A stretch of 64,000 nt of DNA, from NCBI RefSeq assembly GCF_000150275.1, contig NW_002060945.1:6073246-6137245 (forward strand). The letters are read 5' to 3'. Below, one piece after another: positions 39,288-51,700 of this stretch. The translations under genes and the position numbers were made by a program. Position 1 is the first letter of the stretch. The number at the start of each line of letters is the position of its first letter. This stretch comes from Trichoplax adhaerens (lineage: Eukaryota; Animalia; Placozoa). Under the pieces are notes generated by a model that saw only the letters and a program-made list of their open reading frames with translations, was not told the DNA's origin and did not search any database.

Positions 39288-42200
39288 GGTAAACAGTTAT
39301 TTTAAAGTCAGATATTATTATAACATCAGCGTTTGTTAAAGAATCATTCGTTATGCATAGTTTGCATGATTTCTTGTTATGCTATTTTACATCGAAATAT
39401 ACGAGTGTTAGATACTTTTACACGATTTGTATAAGTGCATATCTTAAAAATTGTGATCACATTATTTTAAATAGCAGTAATTAATGTTAAAGCATTTATT
39501 ATCAAATGGACTGGAACTGGTGTAAAAATAAGTAATCGTTAATAGTAAGAAAAGGTGAATTCTGGATGTAATGTATGTTTTGACATTCTGAATTTACAGC
39601 GACCCGTTCGCTTAATCAGGTACCAGTTAGGCAGCAATGTAAATATCTTTAAAATTATTCCACCTGTCAACCGTATCGTAAATACATTTATAGCAATATG
39701 GGTATTGTATTTTCATAAAATTTGAAAATAAAAGTTATGCGTTGTTAACAACATTCTTTAATTGCGAGACATTTTGGCAAGATTACTCCAATAGTAGATA
39801 GTAGATTGAATTACGACGCACAGAATGTATTTGTTCAAACTTATGTAATATAATTAATTAAACATGACAAATCGTGATATTGAAGAAAGCATTGTAACAC
39901 TGCATGGCAAATTAGGCCAAAAAGCCTTTCAATTTTTGTTAGTGTATCACTAATACTCGCAGTCCAGCCTCAAATCAAGTTGAGTAAGGATTGGACTGAT
40001 AAAAATTAACAAATCACATTGGAATTTTATTCATTTTAACGAATTTCTGTTTACTTTTAACACTTTCACTGTAGTTCTAAAAAGTAACTTATAAATCTTT
40101 AGTATCAAAAGCTTATCCACGCACGGAGTAGTGTCGTTATGGTTCGATTTGATTCGCAGCAAGCTAAATCTCAGATTCATATTTCATAAGAAAATATAAT
40201 CCCGCATCTTTGTTTTCTGTTGGATAATTTGAAATTTATTGGCGTGAAGTTGTACTTCTCTATTTTAGCGTTGCATATTGCGGTGCATATTTTCGTAATC
40301 TTGAAATTATAAGCTAGTTATGGTACATTTATGCTTAGGTAGGCGATGAGAGTCATAGAAAACTTTTAATTTTCATATTATCCATATATGCGTATATACT
40401 GTACTTGTGAAAGTTGGGCAGGCGTCTGCGCCTCCCCATGATCAAGTAGATTAATTATCAGTGTTTTGAATTCACAACTAATGAAATATCAGGAAAGGCA
40501 TATTTAGCAATAAATATTTAAAAAATTTAGAAAACTCTCAAACACACACTTACTTATTAGTAGCCCCAAGGAAAAGTCATGACTTACAAAATACGATGTT
40601 ATTCTTAATGGGTAAGTGATATCAATGTGATACAGCATCCCTACAGTATGCATTACTATTTCAAGCAATTGACGCTGGAAAAGGTGGAAATTTGCAAGAT
40701 TCAGACACTGCTGGTTTGCCTATACACAAGAGAGGTTCAATATTGAGGCGGTGGTGTAAATAGCTAGTATACTGATCCTATATTCATTAACAGGATGGTA
40801 GGTTTTGGATAATAGTTTATCCTTATCTTAAAATATACCGTACAGTACGCTACCTCAACACGTTCACATGAAATTACTATCTTGGATAGTCAATGTAACA
40901 AAAATAAATCTACGAAGTTCAAATATTACCGTCTGTCATATTGGCATATAAAATTTCAATATTCAAACTGTGATATGAATTAGCAGATAGTAAGCCTATA
41001 TTCGCTAATGAGACGATTATTATTATCATTATTAATTAATAATTTATAATCAACTTAAAATTAAGTTTACATTTATACATTTTCGAACAAAATGTTTATT
41101 ATACCGCTATTATTTGATGATTTTCAAATAGCAGTTGCCTAAGATGCCTAATTACTTAAGATGTTGTAATTTGCTTATAATAACACAGAGCTTATTATTC
41201 CTTAAGCTTCTCATATTCTAAATAACTGATGATTGATATTTATTTCTGAAAACTTCGTGACGAATATATCATCATAGCTCTTACTATCTCAGGTATCTTT
41301 CTTACAACTTTCTACTATTTTATAAAATGGCACTTCTTTGCTAATAAAATGAAACGAAATTCCATCTCTAACTACTCTCTTTTTAATCAAACTAGTTTAA
41401 ACTAGATATTATTATTTACGTGAGCTCTTGAAATGATCAACGAAAAATATCGCCCCCCTGCTGCCGTCCTATATGCAAGTAGTATATCCTCATTAATACC
41501 TTCTATTATAACTTCTGGCCTTGTATAGTATTAATAGAATATTTACTTTCTTTAAGCAATGCTATCATCTTGTAAAGTTTTTACAGTAAATTTATGATGC
41601 TAGTAAACAATAATAAAATAGCCCAATAAATTCTTATAGTCAGGAAAATAGTTATTTTGATTTAACATTATGACCTAAGTGCACATATCCTACGTAACAT
41701 GTTTAAGTTACGGTACTGTCAAGACTACGAGTATACCAACATGTTTTAACAAAACAACAAGATTTTATAATATACTTACTTAACATTCTGCACTATTTCA
41801 ATTGATATGCGCAGTTAGTGGCTACCGTAATAGTAGCATATTTGTTAACTAATAGCAGTTAGCAAAGAATACATTAAGCAACCTATTAAATTATCGTAAT
41901 CAAAAAGCAATTAAATCCGTATTTCATAGCATTGAAAATCGTTTTGAAATATTTGTAAACTACAATATGTATTGCATTTGTCTTCAACGGAGTCCTATAA
42001 TTGGCAATATATTGCTACTATCATAGCTTATTAGATACTAGGTGAGATATCCTTTCAAAATAAAGGGTGGCAGAATAGAAGTTTCACGATCGTGTACCAT
42101 ATGCCTTAATATGTAATGATATATTTATTGACTATATTCAGCCATTGACATGGTTGCCGCACCGTCATTACTCCTTATTATTTTTGCTGTTAGATTAGGA

Positions 42201-45200
42201 ATCAGCTTAATTTAATAAATTGATGGACAAGTAATGCAGGGCATGAATGTTTTCTTGCTGAATGGATTTACAATTGCAGTATAGTTCGATATTTTGTAGC
42301 AGCTTTATATTACATAGATACATTTATAGTGTGAAATTATCGAGTTAATTTGAAGCACTAGTGTTTAGCCACTACTATACGAGTTACAGTACGATGACGT
42401 CTTAGTGCTTGTTATTGATTATTTGCTATGCAAATAGACTTCGTTAATGAATTCATGGCATTTTTTCTAGATGAGCTGTACTTATGAATACTGCACTATG
42501 GAATGCAGCTCCTCATTATCATCATATGTAAGCATCCAAGGACCATGCTATATCGATAGCTTAAGGAGTAGGAATATCCAGTTGATCAACTTATTAACTT
42601 ACAAAATAGTTGTTATTCAACTTGAATACCCTCGTATTGTATTAGATAACTGGTAGCAGTAGCGGATGAAAACTAGTTCTAAAGTCTAAAATTTAAATTG
42701 TAAATTCTGATTCATACATGTCATATTAATGGATTACTTGCTAACCTAGAGTGCATTGGTTAATTGTTTTCGAAACAATTCTATGTCTGCCCAATGTTAA
42801 TTATTAATGAACTTGAATATTATTTAATATTTATCATTTTGCGGCTATTGATTATTAGTAATTGTTTAAATAGACTTGGCTACGGTTGCATTCTTCATGA
42901 GAATACATGGATTTAAAATGTAGGCACTTCATTTTTATTTAGCAACTGACTTTCAGGATGATTAACTTTAAACCTTATTAGCCTAGAATAAATCGACAAT
43001 CGACGACAATTCCTAATCTTAAAAGACACACTTCTAACACCAATATTAGCATTTAGTATTCTATATATAACAAAATTTGACGGTTTTACCTTTTTGGGAT
43101 TATGTTAAGGGAAGGGGAACTAATTGAATGATGTCTGGATGGTCTTTATGACTATAATAAACAGTAACAATTCAGTCAATTACTTTAATTGTATGATGAT
43201 TACTTGGTCACCGTTCATGGCGCCAAGGCGTGCAAAAAGGAGCAGATGGCACCGTTAAACTAATTCATCCAGAATCAGTTTAAATTTCATCAATAAATAA
43301 TGTTACTGTAGTCTATCGATATACAAGGAGTTTTTTAGTGTATAGGTAATGCTCAGTCTTTTTACCTGTTCACATCTGCAAGCGCGTTCTTATTTGTTCC
43401 GTAAATTAGTAATTTAGTACTATAAGACTAGCTCTAGGCAGCGTTAGTGGATTAATGCTATTTGTTAACATACTTAATTTACATTTTACTTTTAGACCAT
43501 TTCAATATTATGTCAAAGTTTTGACGTAGTAGCAGTATACACAATGTTATTACAAACGGATCCACTAATTGAAGTTATTGTTGCAGCACAGTAGAAAATA
43601 CAGAGAGGTTGCACAACTGTTAAATATTTAATTAATAAAATAAATGAATAACAATGAAAAGCTTACTCTAGTAATTTATTACAAGCATTACAGTAGCGTC
43701 ATTATAGAATTTGTATACTTAATTTTGACGTTTTAACCTTAATACAGTAAATTCATTCTTAATAAAACCTATATCGGTGATAGAATTTATTAACGGGGTA
43801 TTTTTTATTGATAATTAGTAATTATAGTTAGTCAATTTCATAGGGAGTAACATTCTGTAAACGATCCTAGCCTTTAATTTTTTAAGATGAGCTAACAAGA
43901 TTATAGAATAAATTCTTAACTGCTGTCTATTAAAGAACAATTTACCGGCGAAATAGTCATAATAAATAATTCTACGGAAGAAATAAAGCATTATCTCGCC
44001 GCCGAAGTTTTGTGCAGATTTGGTCTGGTACGTAATCATTGATGTCAACTAAATGACTTATAGGATTGCTGTAGTACTTGTAGCAAGTTTATATTTACTA
44101 GTTAGTTTAGTATTAAGATATTGATTGAATCTCATTATGGGATTAGATTCTAACTCATTAGGAATATCGACTGTGCTAGTGTATAGTTATAGTTTATACA
44201 AATATCTTGATCAATTTTTTTTCCATTGCTTATGGATTATCCCGTAATGTGGGAACCAGAGGGGGTGGGTAGCACGATATCAAGAGAACATGAAAATCTT
44301 TAGTATTCTTCCTTCTGAAGAATTTCCGAAAGACGATTGAAACTTTCAATTCTCCACTAGTATTGCTAGATACTATTGTTTGTTCGTATTTCTATATCTT
44401 GAAGGGTTAACTTATATTTTTGAGAGATTTCACGTATCTTTTACTGTGAATCCCCCCCCCCCGCCCAACTTAAATCTAAATTTGATTGATATACTTGACT
44501 AGCTAATACACATAATCTGCTCGATCTATAAATCCCAAATTATGCTTTTATATTATAATTTTAGTTGGAGAATATCATCGAATGGCTCATTTAAAGTAGT
44601 TATCAAGAGACTATTACGACTGAAAGTAGAATTTCAGGCTATTTGACAAAGTTTGTCTATAATACACTGTGTAAAAGCTTTCAGTAGAAGAAAATTTACG
44701 AAGGTGCCTAAAAAAATATTCGGGTACATACATCCAAGGCTGTTTCAGCTATCGCATATCGTTTAACTTAATTTCTCAAATTAACTGTATCATCTTCTAT
44801 CACTTTGCCTGGTCGAATTTTAACAAGCTAATTTAATTCTAGTACTCATACATTTTCGGCGCTGTTAAAATGTCTTATTCAGTTTGTCTTGTGATTGATT
44901 TTGTAGTTTTAAGTTGAGATGAGCGTCGTAGAAATAACAGCTTATAAATCATGTCGTACCGACATTAGTTGATTCTGTTCTGATTATATAGACTAGACAT
45001 AAAAAGTACTTCAGGTTGCAACAATAGAGAAAGAATAAGTTCTTATTATAGTCATTTATTGCCTGAGTTATACAATTTAACTTTACATTCATAAATCTAA
45101 TAATATCTCAGCTTTTATTCATTGCAGTAATTGCATTATATCCCGTAAAATTTAGTTTTAATTCATTTCGATCAAAAACAACTTTATTGGTTCATAGCAA

Positions 45201-45700
45201 CAATATAGCGCGTTAAGTTTCTATTGATTACAACATTTCCTCAGGCTAGATGAAAGTAACGGTTAACTGAACAGTTCTACATGATCCCCTAGATTTACTG
45301 ACTCACTAAAATTAGGTTAAAATAAGATTTTTAAAGGTACAATCAATTACTGAGATATGCTATAATCCTCCCTATAAATGCTATACTATAAGAAACTATC
45401 AGGGAAGGAGCTACGGAGCTTTAACAATTATAATAAGCATTATCAATATTAAAAATTCTTCTTAATTTGCAACGTAATCAAAACACTATTATTAGCGTTA
45501 AAAGTAATCACCACATTAAAATTATGACAGCCTTTTATGCCTTAACATTATGATTTGTTGATTGTTCACTACAGGTAATAACTATTTACACTCTACTTGA
45601 GCAGATAAATCATCTTGATCTGGGTACTGCACTACCCTGCATTGCATAATTACAGTTCGCTTTCTGGGACGTATTTATTGTTGTTGATTGCTAGTATCAT

Positions 45701-45873
45701 TGCTAATCAATATTTATCTAGTGAGAAAGGCTTCTAGCGATATTGTAAGTTGATATTTAAGATAGATAGAGAATTATATAAGTTATTGATTTCTAGTATA
45801 AATTGCTGATCAATAATTTTTGGGTAAGAAAGGTATTTAGTGATTTGGTTGTAAGTTGATATTTAGAGATAGG
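45701..45873. repeat. Diverged tandem duplication with a period of about 103 bp
   Basis: ttgct.atcaata..t....gt.agaaagg....tag.gat..ttgtaagttgatattta occurs twice. Confidence 0.6.
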
Positions 45874-46742
45874 AAACAATGTAAGTAACATAATGTGGGA
45901 ATCAAATTCCAATTGAATTAAATTGTCGATTTAACATAAGTACGGTACCTTCTGTAAATTAAGCGTGATATGTATATAAACTATTTAACTTTTTCGTGTA
46001 GCTATTCAAGAATTTTTTAAACAAGGCGGAGATAGTTTTTACGAATATTTCTTTCGATAGAGATACAGAATTCATTAAGTAGTTTTATTATACTGTAGTC
46101 ATTCTTAGTAACTATGAAATGATATTGCACGAGTAATACTAGGAGACGTCATGAAACTCTATACAATTTCTAATAGCAAATTACGGTAGATATGGTGTCT
46201 GTCGCTGGTGATATTATAGATTGACAATGCAGTTGTAGGTGGCCATTGACTAGTAAAAGTGAAAGGGACGGCCATACCTTACAATAATACTCGTCCGAGA
46301 TAATCGTGTTAACTGTACTGAATCAGCCTCTATCATGGCATAGTCCTTCAAGTGATAAGTAATTGACAGTAAATCTGGATATGCCTAATTGAGATTAATG
46401 TCGACAAGCCTTAGTTTGAACTTCTTGTAAAAAATTATTGTTTAAAAGGGTTAGTACGTTAAATGGTTGTTAACGACTGTACGCATACGCGTATATCGTT
46501 GAAGCCAATGGTAACACTTTTAACTGACTGTTAGTAAATTATTTATCAGGTAGTTTATTGTATCAGCAGTAGAATATACGATAGCTAGCTAAATTCATAA
46601 TCTAAACGGTTAGTAGATCCCTAGATGTCGTCTATACTTTCAGTTTATAAGCCGATACATCAAAGGTAGTGGTTGAAATAATATACTGGAATAGTGTAGC
46701 ACCTGTATTATGCTATTGATTAAAATGATACACTTCTCCATT

Positions 46743-47030
46743 TTATTGCATGACATAAAATTGTTTTAAATAGTCAATAGAATTTGCTTGATTAAGACTG
46801 TGATAAAGTAGGATGTATAGCATTTAATAAGTGTCCAAAAATGGTGCACCAATACATCGTCGTTACTACTTTATATCATTAGTATTATATTATCATAAAA
46901 TTGTCTTCAATAGTCAATAAAGTTGTTTGATTAAGACTGTGATAAAGTAGGATGTACAGCATTTAATAAGTGTCCAAAAATGGTGCACCAATACATCGTC
47001 GTTACTACTTTATATCATTATTATTGCATG
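46743..47030. repeat. Near-identical tandem duplication of about 139 bp (2 copies)
   Basis: ttgattaagactgtgataaagtaggatgta(t/c)agcatttaataagtgtccaaaaatggtgcaccaatacatcgtcgttactactttatatcatta occurs at about 46788 and 46927. Confidence 0.92.
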
Positions 47031-47504
47031 GTATTGTCGATGTATTATCCGTCAAATCGCATTCTGTCTATTGTACTGCCTTTCTGACGGTACTTTATCT
47101 TGGCTATATAATAGAATTGGGGTTTAGTCTTGAATTCATGGTGTGGTTTATCATTATCAGTATTCATTATTTACTTTTAATTCAGATCCTGTAGTGGAAT
47201 TCATTCAATCCTATGTATCGGAATAATGAATTGAAAAAGGCCTGATAGTGCCATAGAATGGCGGTTATGAGTCATAAATTAGAACGAGCTGTTGGACTGC
47301 TAATTACTTATTCATTGCGATGAATTGATTTAGCGCTCTTATTATACACCGTTGATACTTGTAGCCAACACGTCATTGACAGAAGATTTTTCAACATTTT
47401 CAGCGTTCATTCTATTTTGGAAAAATAAACGGCCGGGCCATCCATTTCTTCCTCGACATTACCTACAAGTGTGTGTCCTATTTATTTTCATGTTTTGACT
47501 GGCT

Positions 47505-48535
47505 GCAAATCTACTGTACTGTACACTGTACAGTATAGTAGTATTTCACCAAGTGGAAGCAATTGTGCGATTTTTATAGTCGATCAATAGGAAGTGGTAG
47601 AATATTGGCAGGGCTGTTGATCATCATTATAACGAGTGTACGTTTATGAGTTGATCAAAGCTTTTACTTCCTACAGTAATGTTGAATGAGAGTTTAGCCG
47701 TGATTTGCTTGTCCTTTTCGTCGTCAAATTGATTGCTGTAGTCGATGTCGCTGCTTGTCTGTCAGGCCATACTGTCGTTGGTAGTTTGTCGGCGACAGAG
47801 GCCCGAGTGCGCGTGTGTTGCAGATTGCATCCGTCTGTTGGTCAGTCTGTCGACTGTGCAGTATGGATGAAGACGGCACTGGTTAAGACTGGTACAGAAT
47901 GTAACCGAAGAGGCGGAGCGAGGGCAGGCCTTGAGGCGATGGATCATGTATTGAAAATCATGACAGCCAGTATGGTAACCAGTGCTGAAGACGACCAGAC
48001 CGATGATACTCAGTTATATATAGATCATAACGGTATTGAACCGGACCGAACCGAACTCAGGTCTAATACTAACCGTATGCAGTTCTAAGGTTAGGCAAAG
48101 ACGGTACAGTGTACAGTACTGAGTTTACAGTACACAGTACTGTATTGTCCACTGTACACTGTACACTACAGTACTGTACTGTTAACAGTACAGTATTTCC
48201 AGTGTTTCCAGTACATTGTACTGTGTGCTGCAGACAAAGAAAAGTACGCTACAGTCCAGAGTGAGTGACCGTCACTCAACCTTGGCCATACACCCCTGGA
48301 CCGGGGGGCGTACAGTAGTGAAAGAAAGAATTTTTCACACAGTCAAGCGTTTACGGTTGGTCATTCAAAATACAAGCTTGACGCTATTGTCCTGTACAGT
48401 ATGTAAACTAGGGGACGGTAGTGTGTACTGTACTGGACACCATTTGACAGCAAACAATAGACAACACTGGCCGAGGGTCGATCGATCAGACAGCCCCGGT
48501 CTGCGTACTGTACAGTATGATTACTGTAAACTGTC
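47505..48535. promoter_or_regulatory. GC-enriched, TACAGTAC-rich putative promoter/5' region of the FERM gene
   Basis: A GC-rich island at 47700-48060 is flanked by dense tacagt/actgta clusters (47511-47540, 48100-48220, 48390-48530) immediately upstream of ATG 48739. Confidence 0.5.
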
Positions 48536-48738
48536 GAAAACAATTAGCCATGATAGATAACATTGTCATTTGTTCAGTAATCTAATCCATTTTTCTCTTC
48601 CAATCTAGTACGCCACGATTTGCTTGCAAGCTGCAAATTAATGATTGTCTGACATACTGTGTTGATATCAGGAACAATTGTCGGTTCTACTCGTTGGTAT
48701 CCTTCTATTTGGCTCTCCTGTCTTGCTTGATGAGGAAA

Positions 48739-51700
48739 ATGGGCTTTTTTTGCCTCGGTGGTGGCAAACGTACTGTCAACGTTAGAATAATAATGCTCGA
48801 TGCAACGGATATTACTCATGAATTTAGCGTAAGTGGTCTACCATCGTCTATCAATGTCCAACGGACTATTTTTGTACACAATAATAAATAAATAAAGAGG
48901 TACAACCATTTCAATAGTCAATCCAATTACTTTACTCTCCTACATTACAATCATCAGTACGATGCAAATCGTTCGAGCTTTATCGTGCTCAAATTAACTC
49001 CTATAGCCATTACAAAATACCCCCAAAATGATAGTCATAATGTTGAGACACACCAACACACATTGATCACATCAGACATGGCTAGACGCGTAGTAACCAT
49101 TTCCAATCACTGTCTCGTCCAGTAGTGGTACAAGCAGCTGCAATGGATGTACTCTACTACGTTTCAAGTTATTTAGGCTTCCACTTGGCCAATTCCATTG
49201 CTGTGCAGTTCAAAAAATTACAGCCAAACACTTTCTACTTCTCATCACTTTTCAATCTCAGCGTAGTAATCCCCCCCCCCCCCGTTGGGCTTTCGACGAA
49301 TAATTTCAATTTAGAATCAAGAGTATGACTCACCACGGCCATACTTCTTACTATACAATAATTACAGTAAAATGACTCTACTTAATGACATGACTAACCC
49401 ATATACATCGGGTAGCAATAAAGTTAAACGTTAGCAATCGACTCTAATTTCGATCTAAACTGCATCATAATTATCATTCAAAAAATCATTCAAAAAAATA
49501 AATAAATGTACCCAACAACGCCTAGACCGTCGTCATCATAACTTGCCTATGAATCATTTTTATTTCATTTGATCATATTACCACAGGCAGTTCTTTTTTT
49601 TTTTTAACCAATTTGAACATGTTTTATGGAATAATTCACGCTCATTGGCATGTGATAATTGGTCGTAGTTTGCAACGTTGATTAAGTTGTCTAACGCTGA
49701 TTTTCTTCATTCTATACCTAACTAGAAGTTAGAATACGATACTTGACTTCTATCCTTGATCAGATGCAACATCTTACCAAGTAATTGATTTTGTGAACAA
49801 CATTACTGTACACATTTGAAAAATATCGTATCGCCTTCATCTCTTCCCAAAGACGTCTACGGTACTCTAATTTCCAACATTGGTATAGTTTGAAAATAAA
49901 GTAAGAGAGTGATAGCGGACAAATTTGATGCTATTTTATCATCCTAGTTGTAGGCACTTTTATAGACAGAAAGAAAGACATCTATAACACTATTCCACTC
50001 CGGTCTGACAATCGCCACACTTTTCCTACGTAGTGAAAATTACATGATCGTTATCATTGCTTTTGAGTTTGTTTCAATACGATAAGAAAAAAGACTCTGA
50101 TAATAAAACTGTTGTTTTTATTGATCTACTAATCAAGCGATGAGATAAGGGTTGTAATGATTGATCATCAATCACGCCGGTCATTTCCTTTTGTAAATAC
50201 GCGTACATTTCCTTTTAGACGATAAAAAAGAGGATTTAAAAACCTTTATCATCCTCTATGACTACGTATAGTGCTATACTTTATTCAATGCCTGTACACT
50301 GTACAGTAGTCTGTAGTTTTAATTAGGAATAACACTATCTACTGCTCCCTTCCCCCCTCCCCAAAAAGACAAGCGATTACGGCTCAGAGACGGCTACAAC
50401 AGTCATTTTGTAATTTTCGACTACGTACGCTGTTTGTTTGTTTTTTCATGATCATTGTCGCCGCTTTTAAATGATGTCTAAAAATGTTATGGGCCAATGG
50501 ATAAAATGGACGATTGTTATTCAAAAGTTCATTGCAGTAAAATCGATGTAAAGTAGAGTAGTAGCTCGTCGGTGATAGTGTACAGTATACTTATACAACA
50601 GCGTAAATTGGATTAAATTAATGATATACTGTACATCATCATTTCGTCGACGTAAGTGTTATTCCAATGTACGGTAATAAATATTATAGAGTCACCGTTT
50701 TTCATTTTTTTTGTTGTCTGGATTGCACTTAATTGTAAATCACCTGTATAGCGTATAACTTGCACAAGTCGAAGGTAAAACAAAACGTGCATACGATCAT
50801 TTTCAGGAACGATTTTGATTACATACTCAGCCAATAAAAAGGATCAAGATTTCTTGATTGAAATTAAATACATTACAGTATATTGAAACTGTATTTAACA
50901 TCTGCGCACCCCATCATGGTCACACCATATAAGGATACGCATTTTAAAGTCCAAATTTTCGCGTATGTCTGTATTGTTATTGTTGATATGTATAGACCAG
51001 CACTCCAATGAAGTTAATTATATGCGTATCCTATTCCATACGCTTTAAGAATAAAAATTCCATCTCTCTAATTGAATTACTATTCAATCCTTGAGATTAG
51101 ATTACCAACATTACAGATTTCCACATTTAGCTTAACGAATGTTGATACAGTTGGATCTTCCGTTACATAAATATGCCCTGCTATTAATTATGACATTGTT
51201 TTCTTTATTGAAAATTTAATTTGGATAGACAAAATAACATTGATAAATTACTGTAACTTTCAGCATCATGTCGGTACGAGAGATTAAAATTTTTTTCTAG
51301 GTACCTTTTACAATAGGATGAAAAAATTATACAATACCATACCATCCTTTTCTCCTGCATTAACAGAAGTAGACGTTTCAAAAATTGAATGTACTCATAT
51401 TTATATTGAATTTGAGTAAGAATGATTAACGAGTCGAAATTTTAGCCAACTGCTTTTAGCCGCTATATAGCTTGATTGATTGCATATGGGACAGTCCTGT
51501 GCTTATCAAAAAGGTACCATATCTTTAGATAAATATTAGATGTCATTAGACATCTTGTCTACGTCATACCCGACGCATCCAAGTAAATGTACTCACTCAG
51601 CAAGATCATCCTTGAAAATCTTTCCTACGATAGTATAAGAAAATTGCATCCCTTCACCTACTCAGCCAACTCGATCACTATTTATACTCGTAATGACTGC

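Noticed and set aside
40120-40160. ggttcgatt T-loop-like word suggesting a tRNA
   Set aside because: No acceptor stem, D-arm or anticodon arm can be formed.
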